Part shown: in pieces, positions 18,979-28,549 of the stretch | How positions within the stretch are numbered: the first letter of the stretch is position 1 | How the letters are laid out: each line of letters starts with the position of its first letter | Assembly: GCA_964448935.1 (NCBI GenBank) | Contig: CAYVBE010000005.1 | Coordinates: forward strand, 1-53,480 | Length of the DNA stretch: 53,480 nucleotides | Reading direction: 5' to 3' | Source of the DNA: an uncultured candidatus Brocadiaceae bacterium | Lineage (GTDB): Bacteria > Planctomycetota > Brocadiia > SM23-32 | Position numbers and translations under genes: made by a program | Notes under the pieces: generated by a model | The model's input: the letters and a program-made list of their open reading frames with translations, nothing else | Told to the model about the DNA's origin: nothing | The model's database searches: none

Positions 18979-21900
18979 GCAGCGCGAAGAGGCAATGGCG
19001 CAGGTGTACCGCGCGGTGGACCGCGCGCGGCTGACCTGGCGCACCGTGGAGGCCGTGGACGGCCTTCTGCGCACGTTCATCGTCGGCGGCAGCGCCCTCA
19101 TCGTGGGGCTCGTGGTGGACAACCTGGTTCACCTGCCCTCGACCGTGCGCATCGCGTACGGAATGCTCCTGCTGGCGGTGGTTCTGGCGCTGCTGGGGCG
19201 GTTCGCGATCTATCCGCTGTTCCGCAGCCTGAACGACGAGATGGTCGCGGCCCACCTGGAGCGGAATCTGCCGGACCTGGACAACCGGATCATCAACGCC
19301 GTGCTGCTCTACCGGGAGCGGTTTCCCGACGTGCTGGCCCGCCACATGGTGGACTCGCAGCTCTCCAACGCTGCCGAGTGGGTCAGCCGGCGCGACCTGC
19401 CCCGGCCGCCGGAGGTGCGGGGCCTGTGGCGGGTCGGCAAGTGGGCCATCGGGCTGGGGGCCGCGATTCTGCTCTACGGCGCCCTGTTCAGCACTTACTT
19501 CGGCAACGCCCTCAACCGCCTGGTCTTCCCCACACGCGGTATCCCTCCCATCACGGACACCCGGCTGGAGGTCAGCCCCGGGGACGCGGAGGTCCTGCAG
19601 GGCGAGACGGTGGCCGTGGAGGCGCTCGTGCGGGGTGTCCTGCCGCCGGCCGGGCAGATCCAGGTGCGCGGCAACGGCTCCGAACGGCGTTCAGACGCCA
19701 TGGTCTTCCGCGGCAATGCCTTCACCTACCGCTTCGCCAACGTCCAGGAAGGATTCTCGTACCGCGTCCGCGCCGGCGACGCCCTGACCCCCTGGTATAA
19801 CATCGAGGTGCGCACCCGCCCGGCGATCGCCTCGCTGACGCTCTCCTACAACTACCCGGATTACACGGGCCTCCCGGACAAGACCGAAGAAGACGCGACC
19901 GGCGACATGCAGGCGCCGGTGGGCACGGAGGTCAAGATCGAGGTTACGCCCTCTCGGCCCGTGCGGCAGGGGCACATCCGGTTCGAAACGCTCGGTCGCG
20001 GGGACACCGAGGGAACCGGTGAGGAAATCCCGCTCATGAAGGCCGGGGAGAGCGCGCTCACGGGCCGGTTGCGGATCGAGCAGAGCGGCCGCTACACCAT
20101 CCATCTGGAGGACGCCGCCGGCATCCCCAACCTGCCGCACCCGTGCCACGTCGAGGCCGTGCCGGACCTGCCGCCGCGCGTGAACTTCGTGAAACCGGCG
20201 CGGGACGTCTCCCTGGGGCCCGAAGGGAGCGTCACGCTACTGGCCGCCGCCGAGGACGATTTCTCGCTGCGGGAGCTTCACCTGCTGATCCAGCGGAACG
20301 CCGGGGCGGACTGGGAGAAGCTGCGCTCCTGGAGCTACGATCCCGGCACCGCCGTCGCGCGCGAGGGGGCCGTGCTGAGCGTCCCGGACCTGAAAATTCC
20401 CGTCGGCGTCACGCTGGCCTACTACATGCAGGCCAACGACGGACTGCATCGTGACGACGAGGGCGCCGGCAGAAGCCGCATCTACCACATCCGCGTCACG
20501 CAGGACGGTCCCACCGCGCCCGGCGCAGAGGAGGCGCACGATGCGCTGCACGACGTGATACGCCGGCTGATAAAGGCCCAGGAGGCCAACCTGCGGGCCA
20601 CGCGCGCCCTGCAGCCGCCCGGCGGGGAGACGCCCGACTGGGAGGCGTTCGGCCTCAGGGCTCAGCCCCTGAGGAAGGCCGAGGAGGGCATCTACACCGA
20701 GGCGCGCGACGCCGTGACGGCCTACTCCGTCCGCGAAAGTTCCAACCTGACCGAGGCGCTGGCCCACATTGCCGCGGGACCGGTGAGCGAGGCCGTCGAA
20801 CTGCTGAAGGTCCTGGAAACCGTGCAGGAAGCCGAGGCAGCCCGCGAGGGCGTCGAAGCCGCGTCCGCGAAAGAGGAGAATGTGCTGGCCCTGCTGAAGA
20901 AACTGCTGGAAAACCCTGCCGCCGCGCTGGCCGACGTCCTGCAGCAGCAGGGCCAGAGCGAAGAGCTGGAGCAGCACCCCGAAGAGCTGACCAAAGGCGA
21001 GCAACTGGCCGAGCGGCTGCTGGAAGCCATCAAAGACTTCAAACACGATCAGGAGCACGTGATCGAGATGAGCAACCAGCTTGCCGAAACCCCGGTGGAC
21101 GACTTCACCGAGGAGGACAGGCAGAAGCTCAACGAGATCCTGGAGACCGAGAAGAAATGGACCAAGTTCTTCCAGGAAGCCGTGACCGACCTGAGCAAGC
21201 TGCCGCCGCAGGACTTCTCGCTGGCCACCCAGGCCAAGGAGTTCCTGGAGGTCTTCAGCGAGGTGCAGCAGGCCATCGAGGAAGGCGAGCGGGAGGCCAT
21301 CGAGATGGCCGTGCCCCACGAGCAGGCCGGGCTGGAGCTGGCGGAGGAGATCGAGACCAACATCGAGAAATGGCTGATGGAGACCAAGGACAGCGACCGC
21401 TGGTCCATGGAGGACCCGCTGGAGGATTACGAAACCCCCATCACCGAGCTTCCCGACGAGCTGCAGGACCTGATCGGCGACCTGGTGGAGGCCGAGGAGG
21501 ACATGCAGGAGCAGTTCGACGACATGACCAGCGGCTGGATGGACAGCCTGGACAAGGGCGCCGGCTGGGGCACGATGGACGGGCCGATCAGCAACATGAG
21601 CGCCAAGGGCGTGACCGGCAACCGCCTGCCCAACACCCAGGAGGTCGGCGGCCGCAGCGGCGAGGGGCGCACCGGCAAGTCCTCCGGCCAGTTCGTCGAA
21701 GAAGTCGCCACCGGCAAGGGCGGCCGGGAGACCCCCAGCCGGCTCACCCCCGACCCCTTCGAAGAGGGGTCGGTGGACGACCAGAGCAGCGAGACCGCCA
21801 CCGGCTCCACCGGCGGAGGCAAGCTGAGCGGCATGGGCGAGGAAGGCTTCCAGGGCCCCATCCCGCCCCCCCTCCAGCAGAAACTCCAGCGAATGGCGCT

Positions 21901-22270
21901 GCAGCAGCAACAGCTCATTGACGCCGCCCGTCACCTGGACTACGGGCTGAAGAAATACCGCCACCCCCGCGGCCGGCTGCCGGAGACTATCGAGCTGATG
22001 GAAGCCCAGAAGCGAAGCCTGGAGCAGGCGGAGGTCGGCACCTTCGGTCGCTACCAGAAGGTCGTGCTGAGCAACCTGCGCGAGGTCAAGGAACTGACCG
22101 ACAAGCAGAAGCAGCTCACGCGCGACCGCAGCGCCCTGCTGCCGAAGAAGCTGCGGGACGAGATATCCGCCGCGCAGAGCGAAAGCGTGCCCGACGAGTA
22201 CCAGGAGATGGTGCGCAACTACTTCCGCGCGCTCTCCGAAGTGGACACCCCCGCCACGGAGAGCCCATGA
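18962..22270 (+). CDS. DUF4175-like large membrane-anchored protein with Ig-like domains and an acidic coiled coil
   Basis: Three N-terminal TMs, A..LE...P.L..R..NA, YPDYTG, A.DD..L, coiled-coil region, C-terminal VP.EY..MV..YF.AL. Confidence 0.82.
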   Translation: MATEAEQREEAMAQVYRAVDRARLTWRTVEAVDGLLRTFIVGGSALIVGLVVDNLVHLPSTVRIAYGMLLLAVVLALLGRFAIYPLFRSLNDEMVAAHLERNLPDLDNRIINAVLLYRERFPDVLARHMVDSQLSNAAEWVSRRDLPRPPEVRGLWRVGKWAIGLGAAILLYGALFSTYFGNALNRLVFPTRGIPPITDTRLEVSPGDAEVLQGETVAVEALVRGVLPPAGQIQVRGNGSERRSDAMVFRGNAFTYRFANVQEGFSYRVRAGDALTPWYNIEVRTRPAIASLTLSYNYPDYTGLPDKTEEDATGDMQAPVGTEVKIEVTPSRPVRQGHIRFETLGRGDTEGTGEEIPLMKAGESALTGRLRIEQSGRYTIHLEDAAGIPNLPHPCHVEAVPDLPPRVNFVKPARDVSLGPEGSVTLLAAAEDDFSLRELHLLIQRNAGADWEKLRSWSYDPGTAVAREGAVLSVPDLKIPVGVTLAYYMQANDGLHRDDEGAGRSRIYHIRVTQDGPTAPGAEEAHDALHDVIRRLIKAQEANLRATRALQPPGGETPDWEAFGLRAQPLRKAEEGIYTEARDAVTAYSVRESSNLTEALAHIAAGPVSEAVELLKVLETVQEAEAAREGVEAASAKEENVLALLKKLLENPAAALADVLQQQGQSEELEQHPEELTKGEQLAERLLEAIKDFKHDQEHVIEMSNQLAETPVDDFTEEDRQKLNEILETEKKWTKFFQEAVTDLSKLPPQDFSLATQAKEFLEVFSEVQQAIEEGEREAIEMAVPHEQAGLELAEEIETNIEKWLMETKDSDRWSMEDPLEDYETPITELPDELQDLIGDLVEAEEDMQEQFDDMTSGWMDSLDKGAGWGTMDGPISNMSAKGVTGNRLPNTQEVGGRSGEGRTGKSSGQFVEEVATGKGGRETPSRLTPDPFEEGSVDDQSSETATGSTGGGKLSGMGEEGFQGPIPPPLQQKLQRMALQQQQLIDAARHLDYGLKKYRHPRGRLPETIELMEAQKRSLEQAEVGTFGRYQKVVLSNLREVKELTDKQKQLTRDRSALLPKKLRDEISAAQSESVPDEYQEMVRNYFRALSEVDTPATESP

Positions 22271-23223
22271 GAGCGCGCCTCGCCACATCCGCACTGCTGT
22301 GCATCGCGGCACTGGCGGCGATCGGCGCCGACCCATCGGACGAGGAGCTGGCCGATCAGTTGCTGGCCCCCGACGGCACTCCCTACGCCACCGAGGACGC
22401 CCGCGACGTGATGCAGATGGACGCCACCGGGGAAAACCTTCTGCGCAACGGCAGCTTCGAGGCGGGCCGGTGGTGGCCGGAGGGCTGGCAGGTGACGGAC
22501 GGGCTGACCACTTTCTGGCATGCCGGAGGCACAGACGGGCACCGATGCCTCCGCGTGTTCACCAACGTGCTGGATACCCAGTGGAAGAGCCGGTTCGACG
22601 AGGTGAGGGCGGCGGTGCGCAAAGCCACGGAGGACGGGCGCGTTGATCCGCAGAAGCTGCCGGAGAACCCCGTCCCCAAGGCGCCCGAACGCATCCGCAC
22701 CAGGCCGCCCTACTACGACACCGTGGCCGGGCTGCACGGCGTCCACTACCGCAGCCACTACGTGCCCATCAAGCCGCGCGCGATCTACCGGTTCAGCGTG
22801 GACGCGCGGACGGACAAGGATACCAGCGGCGAACCCATGGTGTTCATCAAGGGCTTCTTCGACCAGAAGATAGAAACCGGCGACGGCGTCCGGACGGTTC
22901 GGCGCAACGCCTACCGCGCGCCGATGACGCTGGACCCCTGCGACGAGCAGTGGCGGCGCTACGCGCGGCTGTTCCACCCCGGGCGCTCCAAAAGCACGCT
23001 GGGAGGCAAATCCCTCGAGGCCGAGGTGCTGCAGGTGCAACTCTACGCCTACTGGCGGCCGGGCAACTACTACTTCGACAACGTGCGGCTGGAGATAGTC
23101 GGCATGGAAGAGCCCGAGGAGGAAACGCCCTCGGCCGAAGAGCAGCCGCCGGAAGAGCCCGCGCCCGAGACCCCGAAGCCGGCCCCGACGACCGAGGACG
23201 GCTTCCCCGTCTTTGACCCCTGA
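22267..23223 (+). CDS. Secreted hypothetical protein with a carbohydrate-binding-like (NLLxNGSFE) jelly-roll
   Basis: Signal peptide, ENLLRNGSFE...P.GW, YYFDNVRL, Pro/Glu-rich tail; ATGA overlap with the upstream gene. Confidence 0.75.
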   Translation: MRARLATSALLCIAALAAIGADPSDEELADQLLAPDGTPYATEDARDVMQMDATGENLLRNGSFEAGRWWPEGWQVTDGLTTFWHAGGTDGHRCLRVFTNVLDTQWKSRFDEVRAAVRKATEDGRVDPQKLPENPVPKAPERIRTRPPYYDTVAGLHGVHYRSHYVPIKPRAIYRFSVDARTDKDTSGEPMVFIKGFFDQKIETGDGVRTVRRNAYRAPMTLDPCDEQWRRYARLFHPGRSKSTLGGKSLEAEVLQVQLYAYWRPGNYYFDNVRLEIVGMEEPEEETPSAEEQPPEEPAPETPKPAPTTEDGFPVFDP

Positions 23224-23237
23224 GATACAGCTACGTG

Positions 23238-25400
23238 ATGCCCTCCTTCCGATCCGGTTTCGCCCTGGCACTTCTGCTGGTGGCAGCGGTCTGTGGTAGC
23301 TCTACCTCTGCCCAGGAGCAGCCCGCGTGGTGGGATGCCCGCTGGCGGTTCCGCAGCCTGCTGAGGTTCGACGACGGCCCGCGCCCCAATCCGCCCGCCG
23401 CCAGCGTGTGGATCCACGTGCGGGCCGGCACGGACCACGGGGGCAAGGACATCCGGGTGGTGGGTCCCGCCGGCAACGTCCTGCCCTTCAGCGTGATTCA
23501 CGGGACCTCCGACGGCCGCTACCTGGTGGCCTTCGAGACCGCTCGGGAGGCGGGCTATCACGCCGTGTACTACGACAATCCCAACGCTGACGCCGCCCCG
23601 CAGCAGGTGCCGGCCAGAGGACTGATCTATTACACGCTGCCCATGCCCCGGAACCGCAACCCGGACTCCTGGGAGAGGGCGTGGAAAGCGATCCAGGAGG
23701 CGGGGAAACCCTACGGTGCGGACTTCTGGCCGCAGGTCTTCGACGCCTACAACCCCTGGGGGCCCCAGCACGAATACGTCGCCCTCTATCGCGGCTACCT
23801 GAACTGCTCCAAGCCCGGCACCTACCGGTTCGCCGTGCTCAGCCAGGGCCCCGCCTTTCTACTGATTGACGACGCCGTGGTGGCGAAGTGGCTCGGTTAC
23901 CACAACATATGGGCGGGCCGGCAGGGCGAGCACAACGGCTCGGTTGAGCTGCGGCAGGGCACGCACAAGCTCACCTTTGCCCATTTTGTGCGGCACGGCA
24001 ACCGCCGGGGGGGGGTGGCCTGGGTGACGCCTGGCGAGCGGCGCTTCCGGGTGATTCCGGAAGCCGCCTTTCCGGCCGTCGCCCCCGCCACGCCCGTCGA
24101 GTGCCAGCAATACGGCCATTACATCTGCGCGGACTTCAGCTACGAGCCCCTGAGATACTGCGAGGCCGCCAAGGCCCGCATGGTGGCGGTCCGGTTCACC
24201 TCCCACAGCGGCGTTGCCGCCGACCAGCTCGTCCAGCGCTACGAATGGGACTTCGGAGACGGGCAGACCTCCACCGAGGCCCGACCGAAGCACACGTATC
24301 TGGCAACCGAGACCTACAATGTGACCTTGAGGATCACCTCCTCGTCCGGGCGGCGGGCGGTGTGCACCAAAAGGGTCGCCGCGGAGCCGATATGGGACGA
24401 TCTGGACTTCCGGGCGCCGAAACTGAACGCGTTCTATGAGTCCATCAGGGGCTACAACTTCGACCGCCTGCCCACGCCGTCGCTGCTGGGCGCGTGGCAC
24501 CTGTTTCTGGAAATCGAGCGCGAGCAGGAAGCCGTGGCGGCAGCAGAGCGGCTGGAGAAGAGGCGTGATGACCTGAACCCCGCGGATTTCCACGAGGTCG
24601 CCATGTTCCTGGGGCGTCACCATCGAGACCGGACGGGGCGCTACGACGCGGCCGAACGGTACTTCAAGCTGGCCCGTGAGGGAGTGCCGGAAGGTGACCG
24701 GGGGCGGCGCCTGGAGGCGCGCTTCGCGCTGGCCGACCTTTACCTGAACCATGCCTTCCGCCCGGAGCAAGCCCGACACGAGTGCGTGAAGCTGCAGGTG
24801 GACTTTGCGGACGGCGATGCCCGCGACCTGCGCCGCGCCACGATCATGGTCGGTGACAGCTACCGCAACGAGACCCACGCGCAGTTCCGCCGCACGCAGC
24901 CCGACCGGGCGCTCATCCTGAGCAGAGAGGAGCGCGCGCCGCAGGAGCAGTTGGACAAAGCGCTGGAGCACTATCGGCAGGCGGAAGGCAATGCGAAGTT
25001 CGTGCCCGAGCAGCCGGAGGCCCTGGTGCAGGGAGTCGCCTACCAGCAGATCGAGGCATACCTGCGCTCCGGCGAGCACGAGGCGGCGCTCGAACAGCTC
25101 GACGAACTGCTGTGGCACTACCCCACCCTGCGCCTGGAGGGGCGCCCCTTCCACCTCAGGGTCTGGGCGCTGCTGCTGAAGGGCGACGCCGAGGAAGCGC
25201 GACGGCGGGCGGACATCTACCTGAGCTTCGGGCGTGACCCCAACTTCGTGCCCGTCCTGCTGGCGGACGCCGGCGAGGCGTGCGCCGATCTCGGCCTCAT
25301 TGAACAGGCGCGGCAATACTACGACGAAGTGCTGGACGGTTTCGCCGAGTCACCCCAGGCGCAGGAGGCCGAGGACGCGCTACGCCGGCTGGGCTTCTGA
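23238..25400 (+). CDS. Secreted PA14-like plus PKD plus TPR protein
   Basis: Signal peptide, WW...W.FR N-domain, Y.GY.....G.Y.F (PA14-like), YEWDFGDGQTS....P.HTY....Y.VTL (PKD), helical TPR-like C-terminus. Confidence 0.85.
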   Translation: MPSFRSGFALALLLVAAVCGSSTSAQEQPAWWDARWRFRSLLRFDDGPRPNPPAASVWIHVRAGTDHGGKDIRVVGPAGNVLPFSVIHGTSDGRYLVAFETAREAGYHAVYYDNPNADAAPQQVPARGLIYYTLPMPRNRNPDSWERAWKAIQEAGKPYGADFWPQVFDAYNPWGPQHEYVALYRGYLNCSKPGTYRFAVLSQGPAFLLIDDAVVAKWLGYHNIWAGRQGEHNGSVELRQGTHKLTFAHFVRHGNRRGGVAWVTPGERRFRVIPEAAFPAVAPATPVECQQYGHYICADFSYEPLRYCEAAKARMVAVRFTSHSGVAADQLVQRYEWDFGDGQTSTEARPKHTYLATETYNVTLRITSSSGRRAVCTKRVAAEPIWDDLDFRAPKLNAFYESIRGYNFDRLPTPSLLGAWHLFLEIEREQEAVAAAERLEKRRDDLNPADFHEVAMFLGRHHRDRTGRYDAAERYFKLAREGVPEGDRGRRLEARFALADLYLNHAFRPEQARHECVKLQVDFADGDARDLRRATIMVGDSYRNETHAQFRRTQPDRALILSREERAPQEQLDKALEHYRQAEGNAKFVPEQPEALVQGVAYQQIEAYLRSGEHEAALEQLDELLWHYPTLRLEGRPFHLRVWALLLKGDAEEARRRADIYLSFGRDPNFVPVLLADAGEACADLGLIEQARQYYDEVLDGFAESPQAQEAEDALRRLGF

Positions 25401-25432
25401 GGTCCGGCGTTATTCGCCCGCCGCAGCGCGGG

Positions 25433-26560
25433 TCACAGCATCTCGAGCGCGTATTCCGCTGCTCTCTGGCAGGCTCCGGGACGGGCGAACCCCTCCATCA
25501 TCTCAAGGATGCCTTCCCGGCACCTGGCGTACGCCTCCGGGTCGCCCAGCAGCGCCAGCGTCTGATCGGTCAGCCAGTCGGCGTCCTCGGCCACGATGGC
25601 CTTCTCCGGGCATATCTCCCGCCCCGCCAGCGCGTTCACCACTCCGAAATACGGCGTGTCCGCAAGACCGCACGCCAGGAAATAGACGATCGGCGACGGC
25701 CGATAGAATATCACCATCGGCGTGCCCTGGCTGGCGATCTCCAGCGTGATGGTGCCGGACTTTGTGATGCAGGCGTACGCCGCGCGCGCCAGCTCGATGG
25801 GCTGCACCTCCTCCAGCATCGCCACGCCGATTCCGCACTCCGTCAACATGCTGGCCAGTTGCGGCCGGAGCTTGCGCGGGCAGAGCAGCGCGAACTGCAC
25901 GGCCCGTATCCTGGCGCCCACCCGCCGGCAGGTCTCGACGATCAGCGGCAGGTGCGCCTCGATCTCCTGTTCCCGGCTTCCCGGAAAGACCCCCACCAGC
26001 CTGTGGCCGAAGCGGTCCCGCAGGGCGGACACCACCTGGGGTGAGGGCGGCCGCTGCTCGATCTGGTCGAAAAGCGGGTGCCCGACGTACCGCGCCTCGA
26101 CGCCGTACTGCTCGTAAAGCGCCGGCTCGAACGGGTAGATCAGCGCCGCGCGATCGGTCCACTTGCGCAGCTTCTTCAGCCGATAGCGCCCGTGCGCCCA
26201 GACCTGCGGCGGTATGAAATAGCAAACCGGAACGCCCTGCCGGGTGGCCTCGCGGCACAGATACATGTTGAACCCGCCGTAGTCCACCGGCACCACCAGG
26301 TCCAACTCTCCCCGACGCAACGCCGTCCTGCACAGATGCAACCTTCGGCGGAGGTGGCCCAGGTGCAGCAGGTTGCGCAGCCACATGGCGCTGCCCCGGT
26401 CCTCGGCCAGCGGATGCAGACCCGCCTCCCTCATGCCCTCCATGCCGAAGCCCACGAACTCCAGCTCCGGCCGCAGCCGCCTCATGGCGCGCATGAGGTT
26501 CGCCGCGTGCAGGTCGCCGGAGTCGTCCCCGGCACTGAACAATATGCGTTGAGCGCTCAC
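25433..26560 (-). CDS. lpxB: Lipid-A-disaccharide synthase
   Basis: SAGD.SGDLH.A.L, VDY.GFN, PPQVWA, YPFE..LY, YVGHPL, PGSR..EI, KSGTITLE. GTG 26560 chosen because ATG 26602 overlaps a TACAAT -10. Confidence 0.93.
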   Translation of the reverse strand: MSAQRILFSAGDDSGDLHAANLMRAMRRLRPELEFVGFGMEGMREAGLHPLAEDRGSAMWLRNLLHLGHLRRRLHLCRTALRRGELDLVVPVDYGGFNMYLCREATRQGVPVCYFIPPQVWAHGRYRLKKLRKWTDRAALIYPFEPALYEQYGVEARYVGHPLFDQIEQRPPSPQVVSALRDRFGHRLVGVFPGSREQEIEAHLPLIVETCRRVGARIRAVQFALLCPRKLRPQLASMLTECGIGVAMLEEVQPIELARAAYACITKSGTITLEIASQGTPMVIFYRPSPIVYFLACGLADTPYFGVVNALAGREICPEKAIVAEDADWLTDQTLALLGDPEAYARCREGILEMMEGFARPGACQRAAEYALEML

Positions 26561-26599
26561 CGGCTCTTGCGGTGCCTCCCTGACCTTGAGCAGAGGTAC

Positions 26600-26628
26600 C
26601 ATTGTATTGCAGTGGCCGCCGGTTTCAA
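26600..26628 (-). promoter_or_regulatory. sigma70-type promoter for lpxB
   Basis: Minus strand TTGAAA-N16-TACAAT. Confidence 0.5.
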
Positions 26629-26635
26629 TCCGGCA

Positions 26636-26665
26636 TTGCGCATTTCCCGGCCCTCCTGCTATAGT
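26636..26665 (+). promoter_or_regulatory. sigma70-type promoter for the ECF cassette
   Basis: TTGCGC-N18-TATAGT with a TGn extension. Confidence 0.5.
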
Positions 26666-26806
26666 TGAAAGACACCCGGCACGTTGGCCGACGAGAGCCC
26701 TGCGGGCTTACACCGGTGAAGCGATGGACGCACAGGCGCCCTGGCCAGCAGTTCTGATGCCGCTCGTGCTGGTCGCCGAGACCCTCGGCCCTCACGGGAG
26801 AACCAC

Positions 26807-27337
26807 ATGAGCACCGACGAAGAACTCATGGTGCGTGCCGCCGACGGCGACATGGACGCCTTCGAAGACCTGGTGCGGCGCCACCAGGAGACCGCGCTCA
26901 ACACCGCGTATCACTTCGTGGGGAACACCGCACGGGCCGAGGACATCGCGCAGGAGGCGTTCCTCAAGATACTTGCCGGCGCATCCCGCTACCGGCCGAC
27001 GGCGAAGTTCACCACTTACCTCTACAACGTCGTCTGGCACCTGTGTGTGGACACCTACCGGAAATCCGAACCCCAGGCGCTGCCCGAAGCACCCCGCAGG
27101 GCCGACCCCGTCAACGAACCGGACCGGGCTGCGGTCCGGGAGGAAACGAGCGATCTTGTGCGAAAGGCCATAGACGATCTGCCGGCGCGGCAGCGAATGG
27201 CGCTGGTGCTCCAGCACTACGAAGACCTGCGCTACGAAGAGATCGCCGAAGCACTGGACTGCACCACGGGCGCGGTGGACAGCCTGCTCGTCCGCGCCCG
27301 CCGCGCGCTGCGGAAGAGTCTCGAGCACCTTCTGTGA
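26807..27337 (+). CDS. ECF sigma factor
   Basis: GD.DAFE.LV.RHQ, AEDIAQEAF, F.TYLY, L...QR..L.L..YE.L.YEEIA..L....G.V.S.L.RAR..L (regions 2 and 4). Confidence 0.95.
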   Translation: MSTDEELMVRAADGDMDAFEDLVRRHQETALNTAYHFVGNTARAEDIAQEAFLKILAGASRYRPTAKFTTYLYNVVWHLCVDTYRKSEPQALPEAPRRADPVNEPDRAAVREETSDLVRKAIDDLPARQRMALVLQHYEDLRYEEIAEALDCTTGAVDSLLVRARRALRKSLEHLL

Positions 27338-27401
27338 TGGGAAGCAAAAAACGACCGCAGGAAAACCGCCGGGGTCTCGTTTAAAAGAATGGAGGAACCC
27401 G

Positions 27402-27884
27402 ATGAGATGCGAACAGATACAAGAGCGGCTCGGCCGATATATGGACGGCGAGCTGAGCCCGCCGGAACGCGAGGAGGTGCGAGAGCACCTCTCGGCATGT
27501 ACCCGGTGCGCCCGCGTCTATGACCAACACCGACGCCTGGCCGAACTGCTGGACTCCCAGCCGCACGCGTCCGTGCCCGGCGATTTCGCCGCCCGAGTTC
27601 GGAGGGCCGCCGCCGGCAGGCAGACGCCGGTCAAGATTCTCACCCTCGATCCCACCTGGCAGCAGGCGTTCTTCCGCGTTGCGGCGCTGCTGGTCCTGGC
27701 CGTCGGGCTCGGGTTCGGGCTGCTGGCCGGCAACGCAGCGTCGCGGGGCTTTGCCGGTGCCGAGGAAACGCCTGACCAGATGGCCATTGATCCGCTTTCC
27801 GCCACCCCGCAGGGCTCGCTGGCGGAACTCTACCTGGGGCTGGTTGACGATGCAGACCTGAACGGGGGAAACCATGCACAATAA
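27402..27884 (+). CDS. Zinc-finger (zf-HC2) transmembrane anti-sigma factor
   Basis: C......L..Y.DGEL.......V..HL..C..C, followed by one TM and a short periplasmic tail. Confidence 0.92.
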   Translation: MRCEQIQERLGRYMDGELSPPEREEVREHLSACTRCARVYDQHRRLAELLDSQPHASVPGDFAARVRRAAAGRQTPVKILTLDPTWQQAFFRVAALLVLAVGLGFGLLAGNAASRGFAGAEETPDQMAIDPLSATPQGSLAELYLGLVDDADLNGGNHAQ

Positions 27885-28461
27885 AGCCCTGTCACTTCTG
27901 CTGATCTTCTCACTGGCCTTCAACATCGCTTTCGTCGGCATCTGGCTGCACAACGTGGTCACCGGCGAAGACGGCGCTGATGCCGAGCGCCCTGCCGGCG
28001 GCGACTTCTGGCGGAACGTACGCCTTACCGACGAGCAGAAAGGCGCCCTCCAGGAGGATTTCAACCGGCTCAAACAGGAAATCTCGGAACAGCGCCAGGA
28101 GCTGGAAGAGCAACGCGACCGACTGCTGGCACTCATGGCAGAGGAGGAACCTGATGAAAACGCAATACGCGAGTACCGGGAACGGATAGACCGCATCCAG
28201 GGCCGCATCCGCGAGCTTGTGGTGCAGCACATGCACCAGACGCGTGACCTGCTCTCCCCCGAGCAACGACGCAAATGGCTGGAGGGGATGCGGCAAATGG
28301 GACGCCACCGGGGCGCCCAGGACCGCCGCCGCGGATTCCGTGGTCCCCCGGACTCACGGCGTCATCCGGACCCCCACCGTGAGGAGCCCCCCCACGAACG
28401 GTGGCGGGACCGGCATCCTGACGGGCACTGGAATCGTAACGAGTGGGAGGATCGGGAATGA
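27874..28461 (+). CDS. Periplasmic heavy-metal sensor, Spy/CpxP/CnrX-like
   Basis: LLIFSLAFNI.F.G anchor, LTDEQ and LSPEQR (LTxxQ) motifs, helical body, His/Arg/Pro-rich tail. Confidence 0.85.
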   Translation: MHNKALSLLLIFSLAFNIAFVGIWLHNVVTGEDGADAERPAGGDFWRNVRLTDEQKGALQEDFNRLKQEISEQRQELEEQRDRLLALMAEEEPDENAIREYRERIDRIQGRIRELVVQHMHQTRDLLSPEQRRKWLEGMRQMGRHRGAQDRRRGFRGPPDSRRHPDPHREEPPHERWRDRHPDGHWNRNEWEDRE

Positions 28462-28549
28462 CGCACAGCAACCCGTCCGAGCCGGCAACTCGGGTTGACC
28501 CGACGGGAAGCGGTGCGTTGCAACGTAACTCAGACGGGAGGAAGGGAAG

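Noticed and set aside
26561-26602. Longer lpxB start at ATG 26602
   Set aside because: It overlaps the TACAAT -10 candidate; family similarity begins right after GTG 26560.
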